Both the position numbers and the translations under genes were made by a program. A stretch of DNA of 64,000 nt from Tubiluchus corallicola (lineage: Eukaryota; Animalia; Priapulida), in NCBI GenBank assembly GCA_030141605.1, contig JAQGDQ010000113.1:372001-436000 (forward strand), given 5' to 3'. Position 1 is the stretch's first letter, and each line of letters starts with the position of its first letter. This document shows positions 38,897 through 51,545 of the stretch, one piece after another. The notes beneath the pieces are model-generated. The model saw only the letters and a program-made list of their open reading frames with translations. It was not told the DNA's origin and ran no database searches.

Positions 38897-41800
38897 AATA
38901 ATTTTAACCATATAAAATGCGTTTATAAATTAACTGACTATGAAATGCTATTATAATTTTTAAAATGTTTACAGAAATAAATTAATTCAAGAATCAGTAT
39001 TTAAATTTAACAACTTCGAACTGGGTTACTTTGCAATAGTTCTTAAGCGAATTACACCAAAATTAGATTTAACACTTTACTTTAAGACCAGGTCAGACAC
39101 CCCAAGGCCGTATACGTAACTGTTACTTGTCCATTAGATCATGACCTGGACTGTGGTCATTGTTTGCTTGTAAACATTACCACTCTTAGTGTTACCCTTG
39201 TAAGAAGATCTTTAGGTTAATCAATTGAGCGGTGCCTGCCCCACCTCTGTCTTGTCTAGTTTTTGCCTAGGGAAATAAGTTCATGTTTCCTCATAATTAA
39301 TCTTACACTATAGTAGTCTATACAGTAACAGTGGTATCCAGTGGCACCTATATGACAATAATGAAGTCTAGCGGCAACGAAACACTATTAAAGAACGGTA
39401 AAACAATTTGTAACGAGCAAACTGCATTTGCTGTAAATGTTCTTGAAGATGAAAGCCAATGACGATATCTCCAAGACCTATCTTCAGCGTAAATATTATT
39501 CTAGTTTTGTTCTCACTAGAAACTGTTTAATTAATAATGACTCTGCACATGTATCCAGCAGGTACAGCAAGCTCTCACCTTTACAGGTATTGATCTCTTT
39601 TACATCATACCTGCCGGCTGCCGAAACTCCACCTTTCCAGATGTCTGATCTTCATTATTCAATCTAATTAGCGCTAACGAACAGCGTAGCAATTAATTAT
39701 CAAACGAAAATAATAATTAATCACCATTCCAGTTAATTCAAAAATAAAATTATCAACAATTAAATTCAAAGTACGCAGTAATTTCAAAATAGATTACTGT
39801 GCATTTTTAGCCTAAAATTATCTACAGCTGTAGAACTAATTGCTCATACTTTTTAGTTTTCTAAGTTTTGAAATTTGTTAAAAATTTTGAGGAAACAGAT
39901 TTACCATCCTTGAATTCTTTTCCTTCGCCTAAAGTACTAAATTTCTGTCAAACTCCTAGCATTATACTGTAGAATTAAGATATTATTTGTAATTAACACA
40001 TCTACGTATTTTAATACAAGAAAACTTGTTTAGCCAATTAAATTCAATTGCAGTAAATCAGCAACAAATTGGGTAACAACCTCTATAACTGAAAGTCTAC
40101 TGTCTCTCTCTAGAATGCTCATGGTAACTTTGGTTGCTGTACAATTTGTATAATAATTTGATTGCGTTAAAGAAAGAGTGAAAGCTCATCTTTAATTTAG
40201 AGCTTACTATTTTCGTAAATAGCTGAAAAATTCACCAAATACAAGAATTCGTAACCGAGCGATAAATAATTAATAGAGATAAACATAATTAGACTAGATA
40301 ATTATAATGCTCTGATATTCTAGATCTTATCTGTAAAATATCGAACTTGCAGACATAGCTTTAACCGCTCGATCCTTATCATTGAAAGATGATTACAAAA
40401 ATTATAATTACCTTTGCTAACAATCAAGCTTTATAAATTTAATATATTTTCGTAAACAAAAAATATTAGAAATCAGATTTATTTTTCATACCTATTCCAG
40501 CAAACTCTACAGCGTCAAATATGCGGTATCCACGAAATATCAGGCAGAAAACACGATATTAAAAAAACAGACATAAATATTCACCGAGACAGAACATCAT
40601 ATAAACGTAAACAAATGAGACTCTCCTGAGGTAACGAACTTTGGTTCATCACGTGCTTACGCAGCAAGCAGATCTGCGCCTAGTTCACTCAATCAGGATC
40701 CAAGGAGTAGCAGTAGTAATAGGCTGTACTTATTAAACACGATCTATTCATTTTTCAGCTAAGAGGTGGCAGCACTATGTTGTTATTGCAAAGATGTGCC
40801 GAATAAACAGTTGCAGCCACTGGCAAGAAACGATGTTTCTAATATTAACGGATTAATCTACCTAACGCACATTAGCGTCTAAAATTATCACAACAAACAA
40901 AGGGGCAAAAGTAATTTTATAAAAAATAGCCAGAAAATAAAATGGGGTAGTCAGGCATAGCACTTTGTGACACCTACAGCCAAAGTTGGAAAAGACGAAA
41001 AGTAACACATTTTTGCGTTCAGGAAAGCAAGGAATCCGGCATTATAGTACTACAGCAGAGCTTAGTAAATGTAAGTAGTTGTGGCGGGACAAGAACATAT
41101 CATCATCAAGGATAACCGTCAAAGTCTAAGATAACTGTGTCCGAGGTGTGTCAGCCACATTCAGGTGTGTACCTTGAACGAGAAAAATTTAATAGTGTAC
41201 CCAAGGACAGTACAAAAAAGTTGAATCGGGTAGATTCATTGATAAAAACCCACCTTGCTTTGTTCGCACACAGTAGCCACTCAGCTATACGCATTACTGT
41301 TAATATAATTTTAGGACTGGAAAAAATTATATTTAAACACCTTACTGAAAAAAATTAAAAGGTACAACAGATTGGGACGTATATACAATGCAATATTCAT
41401 GACAATCGTTTTCTGAAAATTCATAGATGTATTTTCAGAAACGATTATCATTAATTGTTTAAATACGTGCGATCAAATTTAAGTTCCAAATATTTTAATA
41501 AAAGCATGGTCTTACTAAATTGTTAGCTGCATTTTTGGGTTTTTGTGTCTGTCAGCGAATAATCTTCGTTCCATGTATAACAGTAGATATCTTAATAATG
41601 TTTTTATCAAGATTGTTTTTAGTCTTACCAGGGTGTATTTGATGTTTTTTTTGTAAAATGTGCATTTTTAATGTAAAATGATTGTGACTACAGACATTAA
41701 TGTTAAATAAAATACCTTTATTATTATTACTGTTGTTATTGTTATTGTTATGTTATTGTTATTGCTATTGTTTACCCTCCCTCCCCCACCGTTGCCAGAT

Positions 41801-42208
41801 GCGGTTCGTTTGACAGTAGTAGCTCTAAGATATGTCTCAGACGTCGCCAAGCTTCGCTTGAAAGATTATTTCAAGCCAACAAGCAGTTTGATCAATAAAT
41901 TAATCCGGAAAATGTGTTTACGCAATTAATCCTATTAGTAAGTATGAGAAAAGTGCTGTTGTTAATGGAATTTTGCAGTATTGAGACGCTTAATTTTCCA
42001 AAATTATAACAGCTTTTTCAATAAGAACAATATTAATTTTGTGGATTAAATCTCAAGCAACACAATTAGCTGTGTTGTAGAAAACTACTTATGAGAAAAT
42101 TAGAAATGTCCCGAATAAGAAGGGATATAAGCGATCAATTAACGCAACAGCTTCGTCGTTAAATTAGTTATTATAGTCTTAATGCCAAGATTACTATTAA
42201 AGTAATAC

Positions 42209-42500
42209 AAACTTACAATTAATTAAATTTTGATACCGAACTTTATTTGACAGGAAAAACGAAAAAAGTGGAATACCCTCTAAATTTGAGCCAGGAGCCT
42301 GTTGCTCAGAAATCGGACGCTTTAGGCAAGGCTACTCCAGTCGGTTAGTCAGTTAAAGGGCAGCCTTCATCAATGGAGATTACGATTAAGGTGCTAAGGC
42401 GCCTTGTTAGCAAATCCCCTGGGTTCAAACCTAGACTGAGTTCCAACTTTTTCACATTTCCTATCTTTCATGTTTGATATCAAAATTTAATTGTAGGTTT
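42209..42500. mobile_element. Inverted-repeat element with two divergent tRNA-like units
   Basis: IR AAACTTACAATT..AAATTTTGATA / TATCAAAATTTAATTGTAGGTTT. Left unit (minus) GGAGTA...TATTCCA-CTTTTTT; right unit (plus) GGAG...GGTTCAAACC...TTCCA-ACTTTTT. Confidence 0.6.
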
Positions 42501-42812
42501 ATACCATCACTTCACTTTCATTACTATCCAAAGAAACAAGCCTCTTTTCACACAGTAAAAGGGCAACCGCATTTAGCCGTCCGCCTCATGAAGGAGTAAC
42601 TGATACGAAAATGTAATTTGGAGTTCGAATCTTGTATTGCGCTATAAACTGTTAACTTTGTGACTATAAAATTGTCAGAGAGATTGAATTTTGTAATAAA
42701 CTCTTAGTCAGAGAAACACAATCGCCAGTGCGTTCCAATCAATGGACTGTAAAAGCAAATGACCTCATCTTTTCATTCTTATACGAATAATCAATCTGCC
42801 TGTCTACTGTTT

Positions 42813-42887
42813 GTCTTTTCTCTCTTTCCAAATTCTTTCCACTCCCTCTCTCTCTCGTCTCCTTTCCCTCTAACTTCCTCCCTCCCT

Positions 42888-42936
<49 letters not shown>

Positions 42937-42962
42937 CCTCCCTCCCTTTCTCTCTCGCTCTC
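42813..42962. repeat. Polypyrimidine block with (CT)n
   Basis: (CT)n at 42895-42932. Confidence 0.9.
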
Positions 42963-43889
42963 GACTTTGGTAATTATCTGATTGATTGATGGAGAAACAC
43001 GACTGTTACGTTAAGGTAGCCTACGTCACTTTCTGTAATGTCCATAATCTACATTACACAGAATTTTCTTACCTCCTTTACTGGCGGGGCACGCTTGACT
43101 GCAGCAGCTTTACGCTCTAAAGATCAGCCCACTAATGCACTTGATGATCAGTTCAGCTTTTTTAGCTTTTTTGCCTGCACCTGCTCAGGTGACGTTAAGT
43201 GGAAAATCAGTGTTTTGTCAATAGTAAAATATACGTGAACACGAGTTTTATGGTAGACATACAATGGGGACACTTATTTACCCATGTTCAAGTCAGGTTA
43301 AATGTCAAAAGCTTGCGATGTTGGCGGAACTTCTGAGTCCAACAAACAGGAGGACAGACAGACAACAAACTTCTTGGCTTAGAAAAGTCTAAAATTTGAC
43401 TTAGTAAGGGTTCAATTTCATAATTATAATTTCATAATTATAGCGTAGCATAAATCAATTTGTGGACAGTCTGTTATGAATAATTATAATAAAATAAATA
43501 AAGTAAAACAAGTACGTAAATAATTCATATATAACAACAGCACGCACAAAAAGGCGTTGCGCCATCTGTTGACAGGAATTGGAATATGTTCAACAGTCAA
43601 TTTTAATGTTAACATGGACGTGCAAAAGACATGTATTATAATTTATGTGTGGCTTTGTGTAAAATGCACTGAAATTATGAATGCAACTCCATCAAACGTC
43701 AAAGCAGTTACCCATACAGCACTACAAATCGGTTTTCACTGTTGCAAAAGCAAATTATCCTATACTATCATATTCTAGCAGTATAAACTACATAGTTAAC
43801 TATTCGCTAATTTCAAGTAGAGTTGTGGAAGACACTATTTTCTCACTTCATGCTGCACATCATGCATAAAAAGTGATTTACTTTCTTAC

Positions 43890-44464
43890 CACAAGGTGGC
43901 ATCGCAATTCTCAGCGTCTCGCTCTTTCACGTTGAAGCTCCGATTCCGCTTCACCTTTTGCTCAAGATTCGTTTTCCTGGCAAACTCTCTCCATACTAAC
44001 TTGCGATATTCGGGCCCCATGCGATCCAGGTAACGATGGTGACTGGAGTGGCTTCTTTTTCTCACGTGATGTTCATTGTGAAGCCTCTGCTTAGACCTGC
44101 TTAGGGCTGTATGTCGTGGGTGTTTGCCAATGTCACCCATTTTGTGAAACCCACTAAGTTGATTTGGCCATTCCTTTTCTTTTATTTTCACACTGGCGTA
44201 AAACTCGCCAATATTTTCACTGGGTACTGATCTTATTCGAGCCCGGGTACTCGAATGAGATCTTCTACTTTCTTTTAGATGATCTTGCAAACTAGAATGC
44301 TTGCTACTTTCGCCATGTTTTTCTCTGGAACGAGGCTTTTCTCTGCACTTCACTCTCTTACTCAAGATTTCACTCGGATTAGGATTATCACCGGATTTAA
44401 GATGAGCAACGAATTTCAGTTCTTCTAACCGCCCGGGATTAGCAGTTTTCTCATCATCAGACAT
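43890..44464 (-). CDS. IQSEC: Putative first coding exon of IQSEC (191-aa basic, His/Arg/Ser-rich N-terminus)
   Basis: ATG in ACAATG context with an upstream in-frame TAA. The 192-codon ORF ends exactly at donor TG|gtaaga in phase 2, the phase the 15858 acceptor needs. No recognised homology. Confidence 0.7.
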
Positions 44465-44823
44465 TGTTCTTGTGCAAAGTGCGAATAATTACTGCAAAGT
44501 TATCTTTCACTCACATTTTAGTAATAACATTAGCTCTAAAATCCGATAAGAGAAACATGATTTCTTCTACGTTCATGTAACGCTCAAAGATAATATAGAA
44601 ATTGCTATTATGCAGAAACTTGGCACACTTCAATTTTCCCCTTGTTCCAAGAAATTGTTCTTCAATTACAAGCTATATAAAACACAAATCTTGCAATTCT
44701 AATTCCCGAGAGTAAATTATAGCCACATAAGTTACGTTTGCTGACTTATTAACGACGTGTTAATGAGAATGTTAACCAACGAGCGAAGCCAACTCTCTAT
44801 TCCACAGTGTTAATTTTGCGACA

Positions 44824-44856
44824 AACCGGAAACGTTGGTGCCGGAAACAGGAAGCT
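44824..44856. promoter_or_regulatory. ETS-motif cluster upstream of the putative first exon
   Basis: ACCGGAAAC, GCCGGAAAC and CAGGAAG ~370 bp upstream of the ATG in a locally CpG-richer patch. Confidence 0.4.
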
Positions 44857-45976
44857 CTTGACAGGATCGTCTGCTGTACGGGAGCAACTCTGCTGCGCAA
44901 AATTAGCGTGAATGTTGGACGTCGCATACAAATTACTGCGAATGATGACAGTCACAGAAATATGTAGGAATTGTGCTTACGAGCAATGAGACAGGACAGT
45001 GCTTTTAAACCAAAAATGTGAAAGCGTCTTTAGAAACGATACATGAAGTTTTTATAATAATAATTTTGACAATGTACAAGGCAAGAAGATATCTAAATCC
45101 TATTCATGCGCCACTTAAAAATGAAATATTTCACTTCAGTGTGTCACTCGCAGCAATATTTTTTGGCATAGTTTCTCTCATAAATAATAATTGTTTCTAA
45201 AGTTAGTTATTTTGTGCTGAAAAAAAGATAAACTGTTTTTAACACGAAGAACTGACTTTGAAACGTTTACAAATTAAGTTTTTTTAATATTTTTGCCTGT
45301 TAAACTTTTACAGGTCACGATTTTGAAATGTCTTGAAACATAATAGCGAAAGTATCATGATTAATAAAGTCAGTACAACTGCGAATTGTTTAGCATTACA
45401 TTACTTCAGAATTTGTCTCTGTCATAAGCAATTGTCATCACTGGGATCACTGGGATAAAGTTAATAACTACGCAAGATTGCAATGTTAGCAAGAAAGATG
45501 AAGTTTTAAAAAGACAATATAGAAACTGCAAAATACTGCTTTTTCATTTTCTCGCTTTCAAAGAAGATATAACTGCATTTTATTTGAAAGGCAGTTTCAT
45601 ATATCATGTTAGACATAGGTATTTAAAAAACGTATTTTTCGTGTTTTGGTGCTACACTTCAACCATATAGCACAATATGCTATAGCACAATAAATGAACG
45701 CATATCAACAGTTTAAAAATTTATACTCTCATTGCGTTTGAATTTAACCATTGGAGGCGAAACGGATAAGTTAATCATTTTCTGATTAATGCAACATTTT
45801 GACACAAACGCAATCACTTAACGAGCCTCTCGCAAACGAATTCCGACAAAACCGATTAGCGATCGTCGTCCCAGATGAACGCAAAGACAAATTCCTTTCC
45901 GATTAGACATGACAGCTCGTGTGCTCAATGAAATCAAAACTAGCAGCCTACTTCAAATTACAAAGTGATCAAATCA

Positions 45977-46052
45977 ATTGAGATAAAGTAATTCTTTGCT
46001 CGGTTGAGATAAAGCAGTTCTTTGCGTCGCTGAGATAAAGTAATTCTTTGCT
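45977..46052. repeat. Three tandem ~26-bp copies
   Basis: TGAGATAAAG(TAA/CAG)TTCTTTGC x3. Confidence 0.8.
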
Positions 46053-46439
46053 TCACCGTCCTGACAACAATTGGCTAAAAAACCGAGATGAAATGCATTA
46101 TACGAAGAAGAATCTGTAGGGTTACGGCTTGCAGTGGTTATGTAAGAACTTTTAGAGGTTTGTAACCATTAGGGAGAACCTAAACACGTATAAAAACAGA
46201 AATAAAACCAAACTAAGTATAAGTGCGCGGAAGAGACTGCATAACAAATTATAACTTTTTCTAAAGTATTTTACAAGGAAGTGATAGACTTATGCAGAAA
46301 AAGGTCGTACATTTTAAAATTGCTAAACGAAAGAGACACTTGTGATTAAACTTCGAGTGGCTTATAGTGCAAATGTCTGAGTCTAAAATGTCAGAGTGAT
46401 TCTGTGGTGTAATAGATGCCAGGAAAAAGGAAAATGCAA

Positions 46440-46660
46440 GTTCGAGGGCCAGGGGAAGAGATTCAAGTTTACATGGGCGTAGGACACGCATTGGCTTCCT
46501 GAACAGTGCGTCAGGGAGGTTCAATGTGTCCATCACTAGGACTGAAGCAAAACAAATCTAATGTAGAAGAATTCAACCATGGAGGTCTGGGATTACTCCA
46601 GATTTCTTCACGGCCTCAAGTAGCAGCTGTCAGGTCTCAACTTGGATTTGTGAGCATGGA
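46440..46660 (+). mobile_element. Possible decayed L1/Tx1-like reverse transcriptase thumb fragment
   Basis: KFTW..THWL followed, after a frameshift, by GGLGL in a locally GC-richer patch. Confidence 0.25.
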
Positions 46661-47089
46661 TCTAGTTAATCTTAGCAACTCAGTTACATGTATCTTTATA
46701 CACGATTTGTACGCATTATTTGGTTTTAGTACTTCTGATGATAAGGTCTTCCAGATAGTAAAACTGTAACAAGACAAAAGCAGCAGAATGGCGATCGATT
46801 TTGAAGTATATGTATTGAACTTTAGTGAAGCGATAAATAAAATCCATAATAAAGTAAGTTTGCAGGTATCACTAATATCATAACGATAACTCAACGATTG
46901 CTAGCCTTTCTATAATTTGCTTCTAGATATCTAGTTGTCTTCATTCACCTGACGATTTTTAACATCCTTTTGTGTTTTGTGGAGTAGAAGCCTTAACTCA
47001 AATACCAACAAGTCAAAAGCACGTTACAAGTTTTAGCTAAACTCATAGAGGTTGGATTCTAGCGGAAGGACAATCAACAATATAAGAAA

Positions 47090-47306
47090 ATAATAAAGAC
47101 AAGGAGAGAAAGAACGAATTAGAAGAAAATCGTGAGAGAGGGAGAAAGGAAAAAGAGAGACGGAGAGAGGAAGAAGGAGAAAAAGGAGAAAGACGGCGAG
47201 ACGGAGAGAGCTAGAAAGAGAAAGAGAGACAGAGAGAGAGAGAGAAAGAGAGAAAGAGAGAAAGAGAGAAAGAAAGGGAAAAGAGACTGAGAGAGACATG
47301 GGAGGA
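47090..47306. repeat. Purine-rich (AG) low-complexity block
   Basis: Direct reading; explains spurious SL/ER-repeat ORFs. Confidence 0.85.
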
Positions 47307-47981
47307 GCTGAAACGAAATGACTTATATGAATCCAACAAACGTCACGTTCTAACGAATCCCATATAATCACAACTCCACTACTATATTAAGTAAGTAAAG
47401 TGCAATAAATTTTGCAACAAATCGAAAAAAGAACCCTCAATCAGTAGAAACTTCGACAAGGAGCGTATCTTCAATTACACAAATTGAAAAAAAGATTAGC
47501 CTAAACACAAACTCAACTCTTGGCCAACATCTCGGAAATTGTCCAAAGTAGTTGAGTGATTCCAAAAGGATACGCTTTCCCACAACAGTTAGACGCAGTT
47601 AATCACAGAAAAATGAATCTACACACGCACTACAAAACCATAGCACGAAATTACATCTAACAGAAGCCAAACTGCGTAGGTTCATTAACCAAGATGATAA
47701 ATGAACACGTCTATCACTATAATGGGAGCGCCTATAGCTGCATCATTATTCTCCAATATCAACACTTAACCTGTTTGGTATATGTACGCTTTTGCACAGG
47801 CTTTAATCAGCTGCCATATGAACAACATTGGGTGGTGCCAGGAGAAAACGTATTGATATCACTTTCTGATTATGCTGATATATAACACGCAATGATTAGT
47901 AAAACATGCGTGGCGACACAGATATTGATGAAATGAACTTAGCTGTATGGACGCAGGAAACTTGATCTTATTAATCACAGT

Positions 47982-47993
47982 TGCGCATGCGCA
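47982..47993. promoter_or_regulatory. Perfect NRF1/EWG palindrome
   Basis: TGCGCATGCGCA; a second near-perfect site at 59658-59668. Confidence 0.4.
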
Positions 47994-48109
47994 GCATGAG
48001 ACAGGAAAACCAAATTACAGGAAAATTCTGTTTCAGCAAAACAATTAGGTCAGGATCATAAAGAATTCAAATGGACGGGGACATTATGCTTCTTAAGAGA
48101 CGAAGCGTG

Positions 48110-48259
48110 AAAGGAGCGAGCGAGGAAAAAGGCAAACTGATGGGACAAGAAAGTGAGTTCGGGGGAGTTGAGGGGGAAGAGGCGAGAAAAAGAAAGAAAG
48201 GAAAGGATGTGTGGAAAGAAGAGGGAGAGGGAGAGAGAGAGAGAGAGGGGAGGGACAGA

Positions 48260-48341
<82 letters not shown>

Positions 48342-48345
48342 AATG
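48110..48345. repeat. Purine-rich block with long (AG)n microsatellite
   Basis: (AG)n at ~48268-48336. Confidence 0.95.
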
Positions 48346-51129
48346 GGGAGTCCTTTTTCTCCCTCACCAAGAAATGGTTGAAGGAGGAATCACCGGAAAA
48401 AGAAGGGAGTTGAAATGATCATTAGATTAGTTAGTATTAGCTGCATAAATGGCTAAAGTTGCAATACAAACTCCTAAGCTACTGGATATTGGTCATTTGA
48501 TACTTTGCATAAACTGAAACTTCGGATGATAACTTGACATGCCACCTGGAACTTACAAAATCTAGCTGCTTATCACACAAGAGTCATCTGAACTCGGAAG
48601 AAGCAAAGACAGTACTAAGCAAAGACTGACTCAAACTAGCAAAAAAATCTTCTATGTCATTGAAATGTATAACGTCAGCCTTACAATTTTTTACTAAAAG
48701 GTACGCTAGCCTTCAAGAGTTCCGTAACAAACTTAGTAGATGAAGAACTTTTTAAAATGGTATATTATACGCAACTGATAAAAGAATGAAAGATTTATCA
48801 GTGAACAAAGTAGTTACGCTAGAGCAATTTAAAGTGGACAGCTGGACACTGGCTCTAACCTAGTACTAAGAAGTGACCAAATAATTGATTTATCGTTAAT
48901 GGAAACTTTAGTCTGCATGCTATGGAGATTTTGATGTTGTATTCAACCATGTTGTAAACCAGTGGTATTGAGAAAATAGGTTCTACGAGCATCTTAGATT
49001 CAGCGACGCAGAATAACCAACTATTATTATGTCTTTTTTAAGCTTGGAAGGAAGTGAAAGGTAAAGAAGAGAGATTTAGCACTTGAGTGAACGAGTGAAA
49101 GAGAAAGAGCGAGAGAAAAAGAGAGAGAAAAACAGGGATGTGAAAAAAGTAGAAAAAGAGAGGAGAGGGAGGGAAGAGAAGGACAGAGAAAGAAGGGACT
49201 AACTGGTACATTACATCTTTTTATGTGCTGTATACTTAAAATTGGACAGTTTTCTGCAAACTAAGTGTAAACGTAAGTTTTTAAATAGTCTCCTTGTTAA
49301 TGTTTCTAAGTTTCAGTAATCTTTGGCCAGTAAAAGCTTAAAGGTCAAATACAATGTACTTTATAAAGTTTCAGTTTTCTTCAAAATCAGAAGCAAACCG
49401 CTTTCACTAAGATTTTAAGATACGTTTAAATTTTTCTTGGTGGTTTATATATTAAACCCCTGACCCTGGAGTCAGATATCGTATTTTAATAATCAGTAGA
49501 TTTTCCCACACTATGAGAACGTGTATAATGATGAGGATAGGACACTCATTACAATGGCATATTTATTCTGCCTAATTGTTATGGTTTTACACAAAATACA
49601 TCACTACCAGCGTCCAAATAATTGTTGATAACAGCCCGCAGAAGAAGAAAATAAAAACGCACAACCCAGTTTTTCATTTATTATTGAAGCCACGTGCTAC
49701 AGAAGGACACACAATAGTTCCAGCCAGAATATTCAGAAGCCAAGTTTACATACTAATACACCTGATTCTGAGGTGCAGCATCCCTTATAACGTGTAAAAA
49801 TCTAAATTTCAATTCCGAACAACTTCTTCTGAGGAATAAAACACACAGATCTGGGTCATGAAGCCGACAATTGTGAATAGATCAATCGTTCTATAATTGC
49901 TTAAACAGGCGGGAAACATTGCCGTAGGTTTCTTCTGATCCTTTGAGAAATGGAGGGCTGTCCAGGCCATCATGTCAGGTAATTATATCCGGATCATACT
50001 GTAAGCCCTTCGGGGAAGGACTGAGTACAGACGTTTTGCAAATCCACAATAGACTACAAACGATAAAACGTTCAGGATTTTGTAGTTACTCTATAGAAGG
50101 CAACAGGAACAGTCTCAGAACATTTATTTATGGAAATATGGGAACAGACTACGAACAAAGCAAGCAACAATAAAGTTAAACAAAACTGGGAAAACTGGTG
50201 ACATATTCGATGAGAATTACACCAGTTCCACGACCCGTACGTCATGAGAAGGTAGTGACAAAGTCATCCCTAACAGGCTCAAATGTTTGCATTTGACTTG
50301 AAGAAAACTTAGTAAAACTATGCGGTCCATTACTCAGTACCATCACTGAATAGTGCAGTTCATGCACAGCGACGTTCTCATTTTCTACGCATAATCTAAT
50401 ACAATGATGCTATTTGACTATTGGCAACAATAACACAGAGCTCATATCCGCTTGATCTACCTCATCTATTTATACATAGACGGCTGCGATAACAACATCA
50501 ATCACATATCCTTTATCAGTTGTCATGAAAAAATAACACCGTTTAATCAAGGTGGTAATACGCAAGGTCTGTTGAGATTTAGGCGACACCGACAAAGCCT
50601 TTGATGGAGGTTGGCACACCAATTCATCATGTTTGAACACAATAAAACCTGAATGTGATATTGCTTCGACCTTCGCAGGGAAACCCAAGACAGAAATTTA
50701 GCAGAGAGAAATTTGAGCTGCTAATCTTCCTAGTGTTCATCAGCAGGAAACAATTCCTTGGGTAGTCATAAGAAGTATTATTAATTGTTTTAGTTGCAGT
50801 GTAATGTCTTAAGAACTCGAGCAGACAAGCTTATGAGAGCTCCTTCGAGATACCCCAAAAGAGCAGAAATTTCACGAAACTCTGCGCGGACAAATTGGCG
50901 AACAATTTTAGAGCCCTGCTCGATTGATGTGCTTCTATCTTGCGTCTAAATCTGGAGAGTTTGAAACATTAAAGCAATTTCATCTGATATTATGTTCTCA
51001 GCTTTGGGTACATGATTACTCTCTGATGGAAAAGAAAATTATCAGACTGCTCTTTTGCGATTACAAGCCCCAAAGATAATTGAGAGAAACAAATGGGTCA
51101 TGCAGTCGCTTTAGCGCTTTGAAAAACTG

Positions 51130-51545
51130 AAAGGCTGGCTGACTGACCAAGTGGCTAGTTACCCAACTAGGTGGTTGGCTGACTGGATGAATAGATGGAT
51201 GAACGGACGAAGAGACGGAAAGCGGGGAAATCAATAAATGTATAAATTGGATGTCTGATTGTATCACATGGGCGAAATACGGTTGGAATGGATTGAAATG
51301 GAATGGATTGAATTGAATGAACTGGATTACACTGAAATGGATTTGACTGAATTGAACTAGACTCTACTAGACTGGACTTGAATGGACTGGAATGGAGTGC
51401 ACACGACAGGACGGGATAGTAAAACAGTGGACCAAACCAAATTTGAATTGGGTGGGATGTAATCATGATCGTGAATGAACCAATGAATGAGCGAGTGAGT
51501 GAATGCATGAGTGAATGAATGAATGAACGAATGAATGAATGAGTT
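51130..51545. repeat. Compound decayed microsatellite: (TGGA/TGGC)n, (GGAAT/GGACT)n, (TGAA)n
   Basis: Direct reading. Confidence 0.8.

Larger units (their letters stand above)
3974..44464 (-). other. IQSEC: IQSEC/BRAG family ARF guanine nucleotide exchange factor gene (IQ-Sec7-PH), span of 13 coding exons, ~1283 aa
   Basis: Exons 44464-43890, 15858-15636, 14711-13099, 10294-10133, 9427-9346, 8817-8610, 8143-8004, 6823-6698, 6491-6392, 5696-5575, 4994-4772, 4530-4481 and 4201-3974 sum to 3852 nt. All are GT-AG with matching phases and carry hallmark IQSEC motifs. Confidence 0.93.

Noticed and set aside
41405-41446. Small hairpins (also 38008-38033) as miRNA precursors
   Set aside because: Stems are too short and AT-rich; expected by chance.
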